A DNA stretch of 62,733 nt, counting the filler, from Choristocarpus tenellus KU-1152 (lineage: Eukaryota > Protista > Phaeophyceae): assembly GCA_964200185.2 (NCBI GenBank). It is 9 parts of 9 records of this genome, joined end to end, with 100 filler letters (N's around TTAATTAATTAA, not from the genome) between each part and the next. Parts side by side here need not be neighbours in the genome. Positions count along the whole stretch, not along the records: positions 3,558 to 13,940 come from CAXNAD020002959.1; positions 14,041 to 18,280 come from CAXNAD020015528.1; positions 18,381 to 22,997 come from CAXNAD020013779.1; positions 23,098 to 32,649 come from CAXNAD020003585.1; 5 more parts are not named here. One strand, given 5' to 3'. Position 1 is the stretch's first letter. Each line of letters starts with the position of its first letter. Below are positions 13,855-27,409 of this stretch, piece after piece. The position numbers were made by a program, and so were the translations under genes. Under the pieces are notes generated by a model, which did not search any database, was not told the origin of the DNA, and was given only the letters and a program-made list of their open reading frames with translations.

Positions 13855-13940
13855 GACTCAAAGTATCTGAGGGGGGGGGGGGGGGGGCCCCACCCGAGGG
13901 GGTCCCTTCGGGCCCCCCCCGGGGAAACAAACCTTATTTT
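13855..13940. mobile_element. MITE family B, left end (contig ends inside it)
   Basis: GACTCAAAGTATCTGAGGGG followed by poly-G and low-quality sequence resembling 6283-6350. Confidence 0.75.
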
Positions 13941-14496
13941 NNNNNNNNNNNNNNNNNNNNNNNNNNNNNNNNNNNNNNNNNNNNTTAATTAATTAANNNN
14001 NNNNNNNNNNNNNNNNNNNNNNNNNNNNNNNNNNNNNNNNAATCACAGATTGTTGACTGGGAACCTTAATCGGTACCACGGTATAACGGCATATGGCATA
14101 CGGCAATAACGGTAAAATAAAAGACAAACATGCTTTCCACATAAATGAATTAATTAAAAAATGAACAAATAAAAAATCAATTTCAAACCGTGAACAAACA
14201 CGGTAACTTTTAACAAAACAGTTGTCCTCCTGAAAAAGAAAAGAAAGGAAAGATTAAATAAAGTAAAACAAGTGTGCAAGAGTCATTTGGAAAAAATGAA
14301 CTCGGGTCTCCTCTGTTCATACATGGGTGCATATGTACAATTTTTTTAATCATAAGTTGACATGGCCAAACAAACATCCGTGTGACATATATATATCAAC
14401 ATATATGTATGTAATAACACAACCACAAATCATTGACTGAATCACAAATATAATTCGCAACACCAATATATATAGAAATATATATATATATTATCT

Positions 14497-16570
14497 TCAG
14501 CATAAAATCCAATCAAGTATGGAAACTTTTTCATAGATCAGAGTTGATATCAACCGAAGGTTTTGAGTTGGAATAAGGTGTATCCAATGTTGTTGCCTGT
14601 ATGCAGCAATCATTTTTGCACATCGTGGCAAATCACGTGGACGATAGAATACATCAGAAGCACGGTCATAGCCTTTAAGGCGTAATCTATATTCTATGTT
14701 CATAGGCGAACGAGGTCCACGGCCAAACTTGTGTCCCACAATAGACTCAATAATGTAAGGACCAATAGTTACTGGGGATTTTAAATCATCAAGATCTGGT
14801 GAGGGCAAATTTCGGCCAAGAAAAAATTCATTGAGTTTCATAAAATCAGGTTCAGGTGGTTGTGTTTGGAATGTAAGGTTCAAGTGGGCTAAATGAACTG
14901 AAATATCTTTGATGTCACCTTGTTTGCGGACACAGTAAACTACAGGGGAAATCTTGGCAGTCGCTGTGAAAGGTCCACGCCAAGGATGAATCAATTTTGG
15001 ATTAGGTCCGTCACGGTCAGTATGTGGACGGTGCACCAAAACTTGAGCTCCAACTTGAAACACAGGGAAAACAAGAGTTTCATTGCTAGGAAACCTTTTT
15101 AGCATTCAGTTCTCCCAGATTGTGACTGGCTAATTCAAAAGCTAACAGTAAATTCTCAGCTGTTGATTGAGTAAACTCTTGACTAGTTTGTGCAACTGTT
15201 GATTTAGATAGACCAAAAATGATATCTATCGGTAAAATTGGCCGGCGTCCAAAAAGCAGGGAAAAGGTTTTTCTTGTAATAATGTGGTATTGTATGCCGT
15301 ATTGTGAGCCAATTGAAGGAATGGAGCAACAGTCGCCCAAATTATTCTCTGCTATGTTACTGTACATTGATAACATTTGATGCAGAGTAGAATGAACACG
15401 CTCTAAAACAGAGTTACCCTGTGGTCTATAGGGTGTGTTACGAGTTTTATGGTACCTAAACTCTGTCTGCAATTCCAGAACAAGTTTATTTTCAAATTCC
15501 GAACCTTGGTCAGAGTGAAGGATTTCGGGGGCCCCAAATATTGAAAATATCCTTTCGAACAAAACTTTAGCAATGGTCACTTCTTGTTTGTCTGGAATGG
15601 GAATGAGAAAAGCAAAGCGTGTCAACTGACAAATAGCCGAAATAACATAAGAGCAACCACGGAAAATGGTTTTATATTGTACAAAATCAACACCAATCCG
15701 TTTGAATGGTCGAGTGGCAGGAATTTGTCCTTGGGGCAATGTAAGACGTCTGTGATAATTTTTTCGTCTTTGGCAAAGTTGACATCTCTCGCACTATTCT
15801 CTAACATCTTTTTGAAACATGGACCACCAATACCGGTCTCGTACCTTGTCAAGAGTATGAGAAAGACCGAAGTGACCTCCCGAAGCGGGATGATCATGGC
15901 AAGCATGTAAAACCAAAGATTGCAATTATTTTGGAACCACTAATTGACCGCGAAAAGCCTGGATTTTGCTTATATGCCCTTTTATGGGTGACAAAAGTAG
16001 TCTTGTCAATTTCTGCTTCTGCCACGGAAATTTGATGATGTGCTGATTGAACATCTAATTGGAGAGAGAACCTGATAAACCCCATGATGGTCAAAGCACT
16101 GCCATCTGCAGAAAAAAGATTGATTTCACATCAGTCATGTCCCTCGTCTCTGTCAAGTTCCGGATGAGGTCCATGTTTGGCGGGCGTTTCTCCTCCACTG
16201 CAGCCTTTAACTCGTCATTAATCAGATTTATGCACAGGTCTCCAGTAGTCGACGTCACCGACGGAGTAGACAGTGGTGCTGGCGGTGTTATGAGATACCT
16301 TGTGTGGGGTACATGTGCAGACTGAGAAACGGGCGGGGTTGGCGGTAATGGAGATTGGCTCATGGGGTGATTATCTACCGACATCAGCTGTTGGGCCACC
16401 CGCTGATCCACCACTCGGAACGCTGTGTCTACCAAAATCCCAGAGGATTTATGGACTAAATGTTTCCTTCCGTCCTCTAAGGTGACCTCATCAAATGATA
16501 AAGGGTCCTGGTCATGAATTGGCCGTAGTAGATGTTCAACTGGTTCATTTTCTATTAATTCCCCCGCCAT
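14497..16570 (-). mobile_element. Decayed Ty3/Gypsy retrotransposon with GPY/F motif and C-terminal chromodomain-like segment
   Basis: RT fragment SAHHQISVAEAEIDKTTFVTH (~15980-16060); integrase RPFKRIGVDF, HSDQGSEF, TPYRPQGNSVLERVH (15086-15739); KLIHPWRGPF; chromodomain-like YIIESIVGHK...IEYRLRLKGY. RT lies before integrase. Frameshifted, with most of RT/RNase H missing. Confidence 0.9.
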
Positions 16571-17739
16571 GAAGCTCTGGAAACGGTTGGTGGTTGTCTG
16601 GAACGTACTCTATCGTCTCCTTGATCGAACTGTATGCCAATCAGACTGCTTTGGCATACGTGGTGCTCAAAGTACAGGCCATATACTAAGATTTCCCCCC
16701 AAAAGTACTGTAAAGGTAGTCTCTCACTTCAAAACGATTGCCGTCATCGCCACTGTGAAACAGATTCTTCGTGAAATAAGCCGACAGGTTCTTCGTGATG
16801 AAGGGGAGCGGGAAGACCCACAGGAGGCAAGATCAAAGAGAGACAAATCAAAAATGGAGAGTAATTCCCTCAGAAGATCACTTAGGAAAAAGAGTGTTCA
16901 GGTGGTAACTGAGAGAGCGGGGTGTTGGTAAGGTCACTCCAGACCACCCAATCTTACTTCGAGCAGATGTTACCTTCAACATGCAAGAACAAATGTCATA
17001 TGAATATCATAATGTTCAAGATAGGTCACCTTCAGGGTATACCTTCTGAGGGAGATGGCTCTCACAGAGAGTGGTAACTATTTGTATTTACAACAACAAT
17101 AATAGTACCAGTTCTATTTCAGTTTTTGGTTTTGATTTCGTGTGATAAAAGCCAACTATTATAAATAGAGAAGTGGGTAAGGGAAAGTTAAAATCTTGAC
17201 AAAGAAAACCCTAACCCTACGACCATGTGAAAACCCTCTCTTATATCCCGATCCTTTCTTATTGTATATTTGAGTGCTTTTCTCTTAAACCGAGGGATCG
17301 TGGTAAGAGAAACCTATGGTATATCGACTAACAGTCCTCGTAAGCACTTTACATTTGTCCCCGAACGACGACAGAGCGATGCCCTTGGTGTATGTGCTTC
17401 CTATGTGCCTTCAAGAGTAGTTCCATGTACATATGTATTGAACATTGCCCTCAGTGAGCCCATTTCGATGAAGCTGTGGTGGTGCAGCAAACACCACATC
17501 TACACCACCCCAGCACAGAATAACCAGTATCATATGTATACAGTACTGTAACTTTGGTAAATTACCCTCATTACAATGTATGCACTCATACATATAGTAC
17601 ACCTTCCCAAGAAAAGCACTCACAAGCCGTTGGATGGCTGGATAGATGACTCGCAATTCAAATCAAATCAGCGTTAAGAGCCAATCTTCCTCTGATGCCC
17701 TGCCCAATGTATTCAATTGCACCCTACAAATATATTATA

Positions 17740-18125
17740 CAGTATAGTACCAAAAACATCACCATGGATCAAATGCAGCTGCACCACCATGCAACCCCCA
17801 TCGCACGCACTGAGTAAAACAACTTATTCACTGATAAAAAAAAATCTCGACTGACAAAAAATAGTGAATGTCCGCTTATTTGATTGCCCTTGCCCCGATT
17901 GCGCCGAGTCAAGCCAAATTTGCTTTCCAGAGATGGTACAAAGCATCGTTCATGCTGCACTCTTTGTCGGTTGTTTCTAAGCTTGCAAACTCGTCAGCTA
18001 CTGGAGAGTACAGTGGTGGAGGAATCGAGAACATCAAAGAGGCTGCTCCTTTCCTCACAGCCCCCGATGTGCTGCCCCCTCCCATAAATCCATTGTTATC
18101 CTCGTCACCCGAGCTTTCATTGTCT
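17740..18125 (-). mobile_element. Probable pogo/Tigger-like DNA transposon 3' remnant
   Basis: A TA-CAGTATAGTACC terminus-like site at 17738-17751. The minus strand reads acidic DNESSGDED, then PPPLYSPVADEFASLE...DALYHLWKANLA*, resembling my recollection of brown-algal pogo-type transposase C-termini. In-frame stops. Not database-verified. Confidence 0.4.
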
Positions 18126-18127
18126 GA

Positions 18128-18280
18128 GAGTGAAAGTATCTTAGAGGGTACGATTTTTGATCTGTTTGTCCATTTGGGGCTTGACTTCTCACGGGTTTAT
18201 AATGACATTTTACCTACTCCAAAAAGTTTTGGAGTAGGTAAAATGTATACGTTATGAAAAGGAGTGTCCAGAACAAGGAT
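18128..18280. mobile_element. MITE family A, left part (contig ends inside it)
   Basis: GAGTGAAAGTATCTTAGAGGGTACG plus the internal palindrome. Confidence 0.88.
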
Positions 18281-18380
18281 NNNNNNNNNNNNNNNNNNNN
18301 NNNNNNNNNNNNNNNNNNNNNNNNTTAATTAATTAANNNNNNNNNNNNNNNNNNNNNNNNNNNNNNNNNNNNNNNNNNNN

Positions 18381-20171
18381 CAAATGACACGTTGTGCAAA
18401 ATGAAGTTTGAAACTTCCCCATACTGTACACAAGATAGTGACAAATTACCTATGGCTGAAACTTGTAGAACCTTTCCATCCCCAACAGTCACCGATGACC
18501 CTACCACTGGTTTTGGATCTATCAGAGCAGTAGGATTATTTGTCATATGAACCGAACACCCACTGTCAAAGAACCAAAGTTCATCAACTTCCACAATACT
18601 TCCATCATTGCTCACCGATGAGAATCCTCCAAGCTGAACTGGTGTACCGCTTTCTTTCTGTTCACGATCACCAGCTTCACCAGTGTTACTTGCATTGCCA
18701 CTCCCCTTCCCTTTACCATTCTTCTTCTCCCTTCGAGGAGCTTGTCCAGAAGGTCGTTGACCCGATTCTCCCAGACCACCAGAGACAACTGTAAGCCTTG
18801 TGTCCTTTTATAAAACAGATATAACAAGAACCTGTATAAGATTGGGACGAAACAACGGTGGGACAAGAAGATTGATAGTGTGGTCCTCCATACTGCCAGC
18901 ACTCCACACGTTTTGGCTGCCGATCCTTCCCAAAACCTGCATTTCCGTTCCTGGATCGGGGACCTCCAGCCATCAATGCACCTCCATTATTGCCCATCCT
19001 TCGTTCACGTTGTCATTTGCGAAGTTGATACGTTTCGCAAACTCGTTTTTGGAGATCCATCCTTGCTGCCCGATCGCAACCTGTGACCTGTCCAATCTCA
19101 ATGAAGTACTCGTCAGTCAAACAATTATGCATCGCACTTAGTTGTTCTTCGTCACTGGGTTCATCATCCCATCCAAGGATCGCATTTTCTTAACTATGCT
19201 ATCCAGTTCCAAGATGACTGTAGCCAGATCTTCACCAGCAGGTAAATGTACAGAATTAAGTTTTGATCTCATCGCAGCCGTTTCTGTGATACCACTTCTC
19301 CTAAAGTGGTTCCTTAAAGCTTGATAGGCTTCCGAAAGACTAACATGGTTGCATGCCACCTTTTCAGCATACCCATCCAAAGCCATCACCAGAGCAGCCA
19401 TTGCCATACTCGCCTTGTCTATTTCTCGTTCTGACCATCTTGAAGCGTCAAAGTAATCACGCTGCTGACTCTGATGTGATCATCAGATAACAGCGTATCC
19501 TTCCATCCCCCCATGGAAGCACACGAAAGAAATTTTCGCTCAAACATGACAAATCCATCACCATCATCATCACCACAGTAGACCTTGAACATCGATGGCA
19601 ATGGAATCAGTCGTTTTAATCTTCAGCCCGTTGGTGCCCTCTGTAGTGCGGTTCTGCTAACCGCCCCTCTGCCTTCTTCATCATCGGACTCGACCACCTC
19701 TCCACATTCTTCAGCTGGTGTTGCAGGTGTCGTGTCTCCATACTCTGCTCTTCTCGAAATACGTCTTCTATAACCGACGGCCTCCTCCATCGGGACTCCC
19801 CCTTAAATTGATTTAATGCTAGCCTTGAGAACTTAGCACAATTCAATAAGTCGTGCTAGCTAGCATGTTAAAGAAGTTGGTGTTCCTAAGACTTGTGTAT
19901 GTAAATAACTCGACTAATTCTTCATTATGTAGAACAGATTTTACATGAAGTAAGGAAGGTGTAAGAAAGAAGAATGTGCTTCAAACCCCAAAGGGGGGTG
20001 TCATTGCCACCAAACAATTCTATTCCGTGAATGACTNNNNNNNNNNATTCTAGTTCTTGAAACCCAACCTTATCTGCTATTCTTCAGAATACAAACACCG
20101 TCTCTTCATTCTTAGATTGTTTCTTCTACAGAATCTTCTTCTACACATGAAAAAAAAGCATATTCTTAACA
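18381..20171 (-). mobile_element. Decayed Ty1/Copia retrotransposon, 5' part (LTR candidate, gag, protease)
   Basis: Protease WFFDSGCSVHMT...VTVGDGKVLQVSAIG (18381-18615); knuckles CWQYGGPHYQSSC and CYICFIKGHKAYSC; gag-like ORFs at 19138-19601, broken by stops and frameshifts. Confidence 0.88.
19866..20171. repeat. Candidate 5' LTR of the Copia element
   Basis: TG...CA ends with inverted termini TGTTAAAGAA / TTCTTAACA, directly upstream of gag on the minus strand. The second LTR is not in this contig. Confidence 0.55.
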
Positions 20172-21679
20172 TCGGATATCACTAGTAGTATACATGTAGA
20201 GTGAGAATACAAGAGTTACTAGAATACGATTTATACAATAACAAATATGGGTTAACCAACTCTTAACTTTATTGTTCTCACTCTACGTATATACTACTGG
20301 TGATATCTGATATAGTTGGAGAAGTATTCGAACATCCTCCCTATGTCCTCCTGTTGTGAATGAGGATGCCCTTGAAAGATGATCAGCAGTGCTAAGTTCC
20401 TCAGTGCATGAGGTCCAACATCACCAAGGTTTGTTAAGACTTTTTTGGATGCTACAAACCCCAGTGTGGTGGGGACACCAAGGATGTAAAAGTGGACGGG
20501 GATATAGGACAAGAACCACACCATCAGAGTAGACTGAGCAGAAGCATGGGAGTGATGCTTTCCTGACATCATATGTGGAATATTGAGTTCTTGATGATCA
20601 ACAGAGAACGAGTGTAAGATGGACTATACTCTAATATGGTCAACGAATCAAGGATTGACATAGTTCAGCCTCACTCCTCCATAGAATGTGAGCAGGGTTT
20701 TCACGTATGAACTGCATTGTAATCCTGAATACAGAATTTTCTCTCGAGATGTATTCGTTCCCCCCTTTGCCTGATTGTGCTGAGACACTCTGACTGTGCT
20801 GTATTTTGAAATGTACGTTCATTGATACTTACTTGGAGAGATTTTTTTTTTGCATTGTATATTATTGACTGATTGGTGGTGCAATCGAATAGTAATTGAC
20901 CTCACATCACATGTGGTTGTGATAGATCGTACTGTTTTTTTCAGACTGTATTGGTCAGCCTTGAAAGGAGTCTGATGGAGCAGCTGTCCCTGCCATATGT
21001 TAACTTCAGTGGTAGCGCCTTCACAACCTCATTCCATGCTTGCGGATATTGCCTGGTCTGCCAGACTCTCAACTCTCGTATAAGATCCTGTCCTTGGAAT
21101 CTCACTGGTCCTAATGGTAACATCATAAGGAATTTTTTGTAGGATCCCTTGGAGGTAGAATCAGAATTTATATTAGTCTATTTCTTGCTTAACCCTTTTG
21201 ATCCATCGATGAGTTTTAGTCCCGTCCTGTGGTCTTGGACATTGCGATTGTATTGGCCCTTCTGGTGAGATGAATTCCCAGTGACCAGGGCATGACTGGT
21301 CTCATTGCCACGGCCAAGGCTGACTTGGGGGAGGAATATTCATTGATGGAACGAAGAAGAGGGATAGACCAAAGAAGAACAGTTCTGATTCTGACTCAAA
21401 AGGTTACAGGGAAAAGGGGGGTTGGGGTTATCAATGATTTTAATATGAAACATCTAGCTCGATGGGCCACAAAATATTACAAAGAAATTGGATCCCGTCA
21501 ACTAAAAACGTGAAGGTCAAACTTCGAATGCTTGTTCCCCTCTCCTACTCTTGGGTGAAATGAAGCTGTTGAGACTTCTGCTAAGGCCATTGACCTTCTG
21601 GAGGTAGCAGCTTGTCTCGGCATTGACTTTGGCATGATTCAAACCGAGGGGTAGGCAGAGGAAGAGTACAAAGATGCCA

Positions 21680-21860
21680 ATTTGTACTATTGCAGAGTGC
21701 TGAAATGCGGCTTCGCTTTGTGTGTTTGTGTGCGGAAAGGGAGTCCCAATCTTGCATACACTGATTTGAAGTAATGAAGTAGAATGTCTTGTACAAGGTA
21801 AAAAAGATAGCTCGGAATGCAAAAGGGGTACAAACCTGCCTACCTCTCGGTTGGTTTCCC
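21680..21860 (+). mobile_element. Fragment homologous to the Ngaro/DIRS-like element
   Basis: 21776-21856 (GAAGTAGAATGTCTTGTACAAGG...GAATGCAAAAGGGGTACAAACCTGCCTACCTCTCGGTTGGTT) aligns with the reverse complement of 28061-28140. 21700-21765 aligns with 28155-28210. Confidence 0.7.
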
Positions 21861-23097
21861 TCGAATAGTATTTACAAAGCACAGATTTCCAGTGAGGGGT
21901 TGAACGCAACTCAAAGTGAACCTTCATTTTTCCTATGCTTATGTCATGTGTCCAGTCTTGATGCTTCCCTTGTGTGTTCACCTCCTCCTACCGAAGTGAC
22001 CCAGTCTTTCTCTTGTTCTTATGTTTACCCCTTCCTTATGCACCTATCTGTTTTTTGTATTCCCTTCCCTTATGCAGCTGTCTCTTCCTCCTTGTAGGAC
22101 AGGAGCGAGCCTTGGGTAAGTGGTGTTATATTTTCGTTTGATGAGCAGTAAATCAATTGTACTCCAGATCAGAATACGCAACATATAATTGGTTGGTAGT
22201 TCCATACCGAATGAGTAGAAGTAGTGACTATAGTATAAGATCTTTATCGGAAGATTCATTCATTGTGATGTACATCTTGTGACACATTTTTTGTTTTGTG
22301 TGTGTACAATGTATGTAACTTATTTCCTTATGATTCCTTCTGCTAACAATTTGTAGATGTTATGGGACGATAATTATAACAAATATTGAAGTGCGTACAA
22401 AATCGTCTTATTTTTTGCTGTTGTTTGGGCTCTTGCTTCTCATTTCGTAACACCATCGCAACACGTTGCAACAATAAGTAAGACGGCATCATGTACCAAT
22501 AGCACAGCATTTCATTGTCATTCAGTTATTGATTCTACGACGCACGTCCTCACATACGACAAGCATGTTCTTCACTCATGCTCCCTTAGGGAATTCCTTT
22601 TCTTCTGACCTAAATCAAGCCATGGTTGTTCATCTAACTCTTGATAGTGGTGTCAGTGTTAACAAGATTGTGTTTGCTTCGAGCTAGCATCTTCCTTTTT
22701 CGTTGGTAACAACATGAACTAAACGCGAAGATCTGTCATATACATCAAACAGAGGATTTTCAAAATTGGGGATGGAGCGGGACTACGAGGATGGTTGTTT
22801 TGCGAAAACGGTCTTAAAAAAGTACCCTGAGGTTTTTTTATGCGACTGTATTTTTGCACTTGGAAGGGCCCCTTTTATGACCTTGTTTTCGGCACCTTTT
22901 AAGGGTCTGCATATGTTTTTGTTCAAATATTACGGTACTTTTTGTAGAGGGCATAAATAGGATTTGGAAGCGATCTCGACTAAGCCTAAGGTATAAGNNN
23001 NNNNNNNNNNNNNNNNNNNNNNNNNNNNNNNNNNNNNNNNNTTAATTAATTAANNNNNNNNNNNNNNNNNNNNNNNNNNNNNNNNNNNNNNNNNNNN

Positions 23098-23165
23098 TTG
23101 CGACAGGGAAAAATTGACCCCAAATGGACAGCCGCCACCCCCCCCCCACCCAGATACTTTGAGCC
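23098..23165. mobile_element. MITE family B right end, nested in a family A copy
   Basis: Ends CCCAGATACTTTGAGCC and is immediately followed by internal family A sequence. Confidence 0.85.
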
Positions 23166-23284
23166 AAATTTTATCTACTCCGAAATATTTCAGAGTAGGT
23201 AAAATGTCATATAAAACCTATGGGAAGCCAAGCCCCAAACGGACAAACAGGGCAAAACTCGTACTCTCTAAGATACTTTCACTC
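23166..23284. mobile_element. MITE family A half (reverse orientation), interrupted by family B
   Basis: Runs from the internal palindrome to CTCTAAGATACTTTCACTC. Confidence 0.85.
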
Positions 23285-24665
23285 TGCTGCCACAGTTGTC
23301 TCTATCCAAATGCCACATCCATTCACCCTTGGTTGGGGGCTCAGGTTGTTGACCATCTAGAAGGATTGAAATCATCATATCATATGCTCTTACAGAGGAG
23401 ACCAAATACTGTGCAAATGACTATGAAAAGGTGAAGAAGGGACAGGTAGGGGTATGTCTTGCATTAGTACTGTTTATATAAATTGTCAGCACAGGGAAAG
23501 GAGATATCCACAAAGAACGGACCAAGCACATTTTAGACCTCAGTCTAGATTCAAATATTGAGAGCAGCACATCCTTAGCTGAGCTAGATGTTTTGCCAGG
23601 CCTTTCTCAACATACATGTACGAATATACTGAATATATATATTATTCAATTATATCATGCAACGACTTACATTGGTGGAGGATGCAATGTCTGGCTAGGC
23701 CTCCCACTGCTGATACCTCGTGCAAACCTTATATAACCGCTTGTACCCTCTGGTTTAGTCTGATCCATCTCTTTCACTTGGCACAGGGGAGAAACGTAGG
23801 AACATCCAGGGAACTTCAGGTCGATAGGGCTGTTCATGTCATCATCCTCAGCGTGTGTGAGTGAGTTCATGTTGTATCAAGACTGGGTGACGATATCATC
23901 AAGATCATCCAAGTCATCAGCATTGCAGATAGTGAACTCAAGGTGACCCTGACTGTCGTTTGGAGCAGGTCATGTGACAGGAGTGAGGGTTAGTCTTACA
24001 CACTATCTGGCCTTTGAGTAAGATGATGAAGAGCAAACAGCAAATAACGGAGAACGATGGATCCAAGGAATTGTTTATTGTATCTGCAATCTGGTGCACA
24101 TACAACTTTGACGCGGAGCATGTAACAATCAAGAGTAGTATAACATGTAAACCCCAACTCACATCGTGACCAGCGCAAAAAAGATTATCTGAACGACAGA
24201 CGATTTTTTTGTATCCACCAATATAATTAAAGGTGTCTGTCTAGTTTCCGGATTATGTCGTATTAGTACAAGAACTGTATAACAGCAGGTCCTTTATATG
24301 TTGTTGTAATCAGTTAGCATTACAAAGAAAGGTCTCTGTTGTTGTTTTTCGTTATGTTGTGTGTTTCTTCCCCCCCCCATCATGACGTCTTCAAAAATGT
24401 CATTTTCTCTCTACCAAACTATTGTTATGATAAATTATAGATGTGTCAGGGGGGAAACCAATGAAAACCAAATATGTTGTAACAACTAACCTGCTTATAT
24501 TATATTATTATACATCTGCAAAATGTCAGAGGGCATAATAATATAAATACATTATAGACAAAATACTGTAAGATATCCTTCATACTAATAGTGTTCGGAT
24601 TGCATGGACGAGGGATGTACGTGACACAATGGTTTTAAAAAAACGTTTCCCCTTTTCAGTTACAG

Positions 24666-25325
24666 AAGTGGATTATTAGTAAGTTCTAGTTACCCCAACA
24701 AGGAACCCAGGTTGCGGTAAATGGTTCGGTCACTTGGTCGTCGAAGCTGCTCTCACCTTTGGAGAACAGCTATTTCAACAATACTCCCCGCTTAGGGAAC
24801 AGTAATCGGCCTAAGCCCCCCTTGACAAAACAAGCACAACCAATAATGTATGGACAAATAGTTCCCCCCTTCTCCTCTAAGTCATGAGCACGCCTAATTA
24901 GAAAAAGAGGAATGGATGGGTGTGAACTAATTCAACGCCAGGACTCTTCCTTCGTTCACCCTCCTCTTCTCTCTGGTAGTTTCTTCCTTCCCCGCTTGCT
25001 GGCAACCTCTCTGTTTCCCACTGTTGTACCTTCGACCTGCTCTCGCGCTATATCCCAACTCTTTTCTAACTTCAAACTGACGATGCAATAATCTTCAACC
25101 TCCACTTCATTGCATACATGCCTTCTTTCCCTCAACAAAACCTTTAGCTTCCAAGAGGGAAATAACATTCTTGTTTTGCTCACGAAAGTGGATTATATTA
25201 GAGCTCCAGTTGCCCCAACAGGAGACCCGTGGCTGCTGCAAATGGTTCGACCACTTGCTCACCAAATCTGCTCCCACCTTTGGAGAACAGCCATCTTACA
25301 GTAACTCCACACTTGGGGAACAGTA
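24666..25325. repeat. Diverged ~138-bp direct repeat pair (24666-24804 and 25186-25325) downstream of the recombinase
   Basis: Shared blocks AAGTGGATTAT, CCCCAACA, AAATGGTTCG, CACCTTTGGAGAACAGC and GGGAACAGTA, consistent with split direct repeats. Confidence 0.85.
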
Positions 25326-27363
25326 GACTACCCAACCACCTCCTCATCAACCCTCTATAGGAGCTCCCTAATTATCCAACCTGCTCACATAAATCCCCTC
25401 CAACCTCTTCTGATACATCTGAAACTCTCTTAGAGCTACCTGTAGCTTATTCTACGTACACCATAAAACCTTCTGACTTCCACCTCCCTGCTGTCTATAT
25501 CTCAATGAGAGATGAGCTCTTCTTGGCTAAGTTTGTCACCACCCCTATCCTCCCAGAATGCAATACAAATTCTTGGGGTTCTACCTCTGGATCACAGTTT
25601 CACAACGTTTCCGTTAACCCTTCCGTCTCTTGTTTTCTTTATAATTATCTCAACTTGCTATTTTCTCCCTTACATACCATCAGTGGAGTCTTGTCAAACA
25701 AAATATCCTGACCTTCTGAGAGATCTTGAAGAATTTCCAGCCCACCCCTCCTTATCGTAGACCTCCGTTTACCTAGAGCCATCCCTTCCTTGCGTTGGTC
25801 TGTTTTCCTCTCTTTGAATAGTACTTAAACTCTGTTAGCCTCCTTCTCTTCCCTATGCGCGTTATTTATGTTCCGCTCAAAATATAACATTCAACCTAAG
25901 TCGACAAGCTTTTCCAACCATACCATTTTCTTCCTCAAACGACTCTGATACACTCCATGTAAAGAAGTAAGACAACATTAATCCCACCCATATAGTCTTT
26001 CCTTTATCTCAATGTGCCTGCAGAAACTCCTTGCCCTTTGTCAGCAATCCCAGTGTCGAAGGTCTCCTCTGTTGTTTCCTGGACGATGAGTCCCGTGTTG
26101 CTTGGTTGTGTTATGCAGTATTTCTTGTAACGTGAAATGACGCATCGGTAGGCACGGTCCCCTTCCCATTTTAAGCATGCTCTTGAGAGCTCCAAGTTTC
26201 CGCCTTACTTTCGTATCTTCGTTTGCCGCTCCCCCAATACAAAATGCTACTACTCTGAAATCTCCTCAACTCCTTCATCCTCCTCTTTGCTCTCTCTGAG
26301 CCAAGTCCATTTGTTATCCCTCTGGCGAAACTGTGTCCATTACTGTCTCTGGTCTTTCCCGTATGTTGCTAGAGTGCTGTCGGCAATCCCTCCTTTGGCC
26401 AGTTTGAGTGCAAGATCATAGTACATGTTATTTCTCTTTGCTATCCTAGAGGCGCCTCCTGCCGTGGCATAATGGGTTGAGTTGCATATTTTTTTATTTT
26501 TCTGATATTTCTTCCCGTCTCCGTCTTGAAATCTCGTCCACTAGCTAGTTAAATTCCTTTGACATGTCTAGCCTTGTGACATAAACCCCCTTGTGTTTCT
26601 AGGGTAAACGATAAATCTCATTATGGAATCTGCCCTTACATGTTTTGCCCCTCCACATTTATTAACCATTTGCATCGCCGATAAATTTTATCTCCTCATT
26701 GGTACGGGTTCTCTTCTCTCTATTGGTGTGTCTCTTAGACGTACTACCATCACCCAATGTCGTTACCATCGCATAAAATTTGACAACATTCACTGTAATT
26801 TATGACTCTCCCCTCTTTTTATCAGGCTGTCCTTATACTTCCACCAAGCCCTCAACACTGGACAACGACCTTCCATAATCCTTCCACACGCATCAAACCA
26901 CCAGTAGATCTCTCAATATTCTGGCAAAGCGAAGCTGATATAATGACTCTTCTTTTCCCAATTCCAGGTTGTCCAGTGCCCACTGTCACCGTTCTATGTC
27001 TCTCAGGAAACATTTAGTCAATTTCGCCATCTTTCCTCCTCCTACTTTGTCCCTACGAGATTTTCACGAAGCTCTTTCAACCTGAGGAGTCACCATACAA
27101 AGTGGTGCCTTCCCCCTCATACTACACACATTGCATCCCATAGCTTAGTTGCAACACTTCTGTTACTGTAGCTTTTTTTCTCGAATCTGACCAGTTCCGT
27201 GTCAATGGCAGCAACGCTTCAACCTTTATAGGTGGTATTGCTACTTGGATGTTATGCGTATGCACAAGGAGTTCTAACTTTATCATCCTAGTGTTCCATC
27301 CCGTTGTTTTTTCCTGTCAAACCACCCGAGGATTACCTAGTTTCTCCTCGCCAAAGAATCTAA

Positions 27364-27409
27364 GGGTCAAAAGGGGACGCCGGCACCCCCCCCCCAGATA
27401 CTTTGACCC
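27364..27409. mobile_element. Internally deleted ~46-bp family B mini-element inserted in the Ngaro RT region
   Basis: GGGTCAAA...CCCCAGATACTTTGACCC flanked by duplicated (C)TAAG. Confidence 0.75.
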
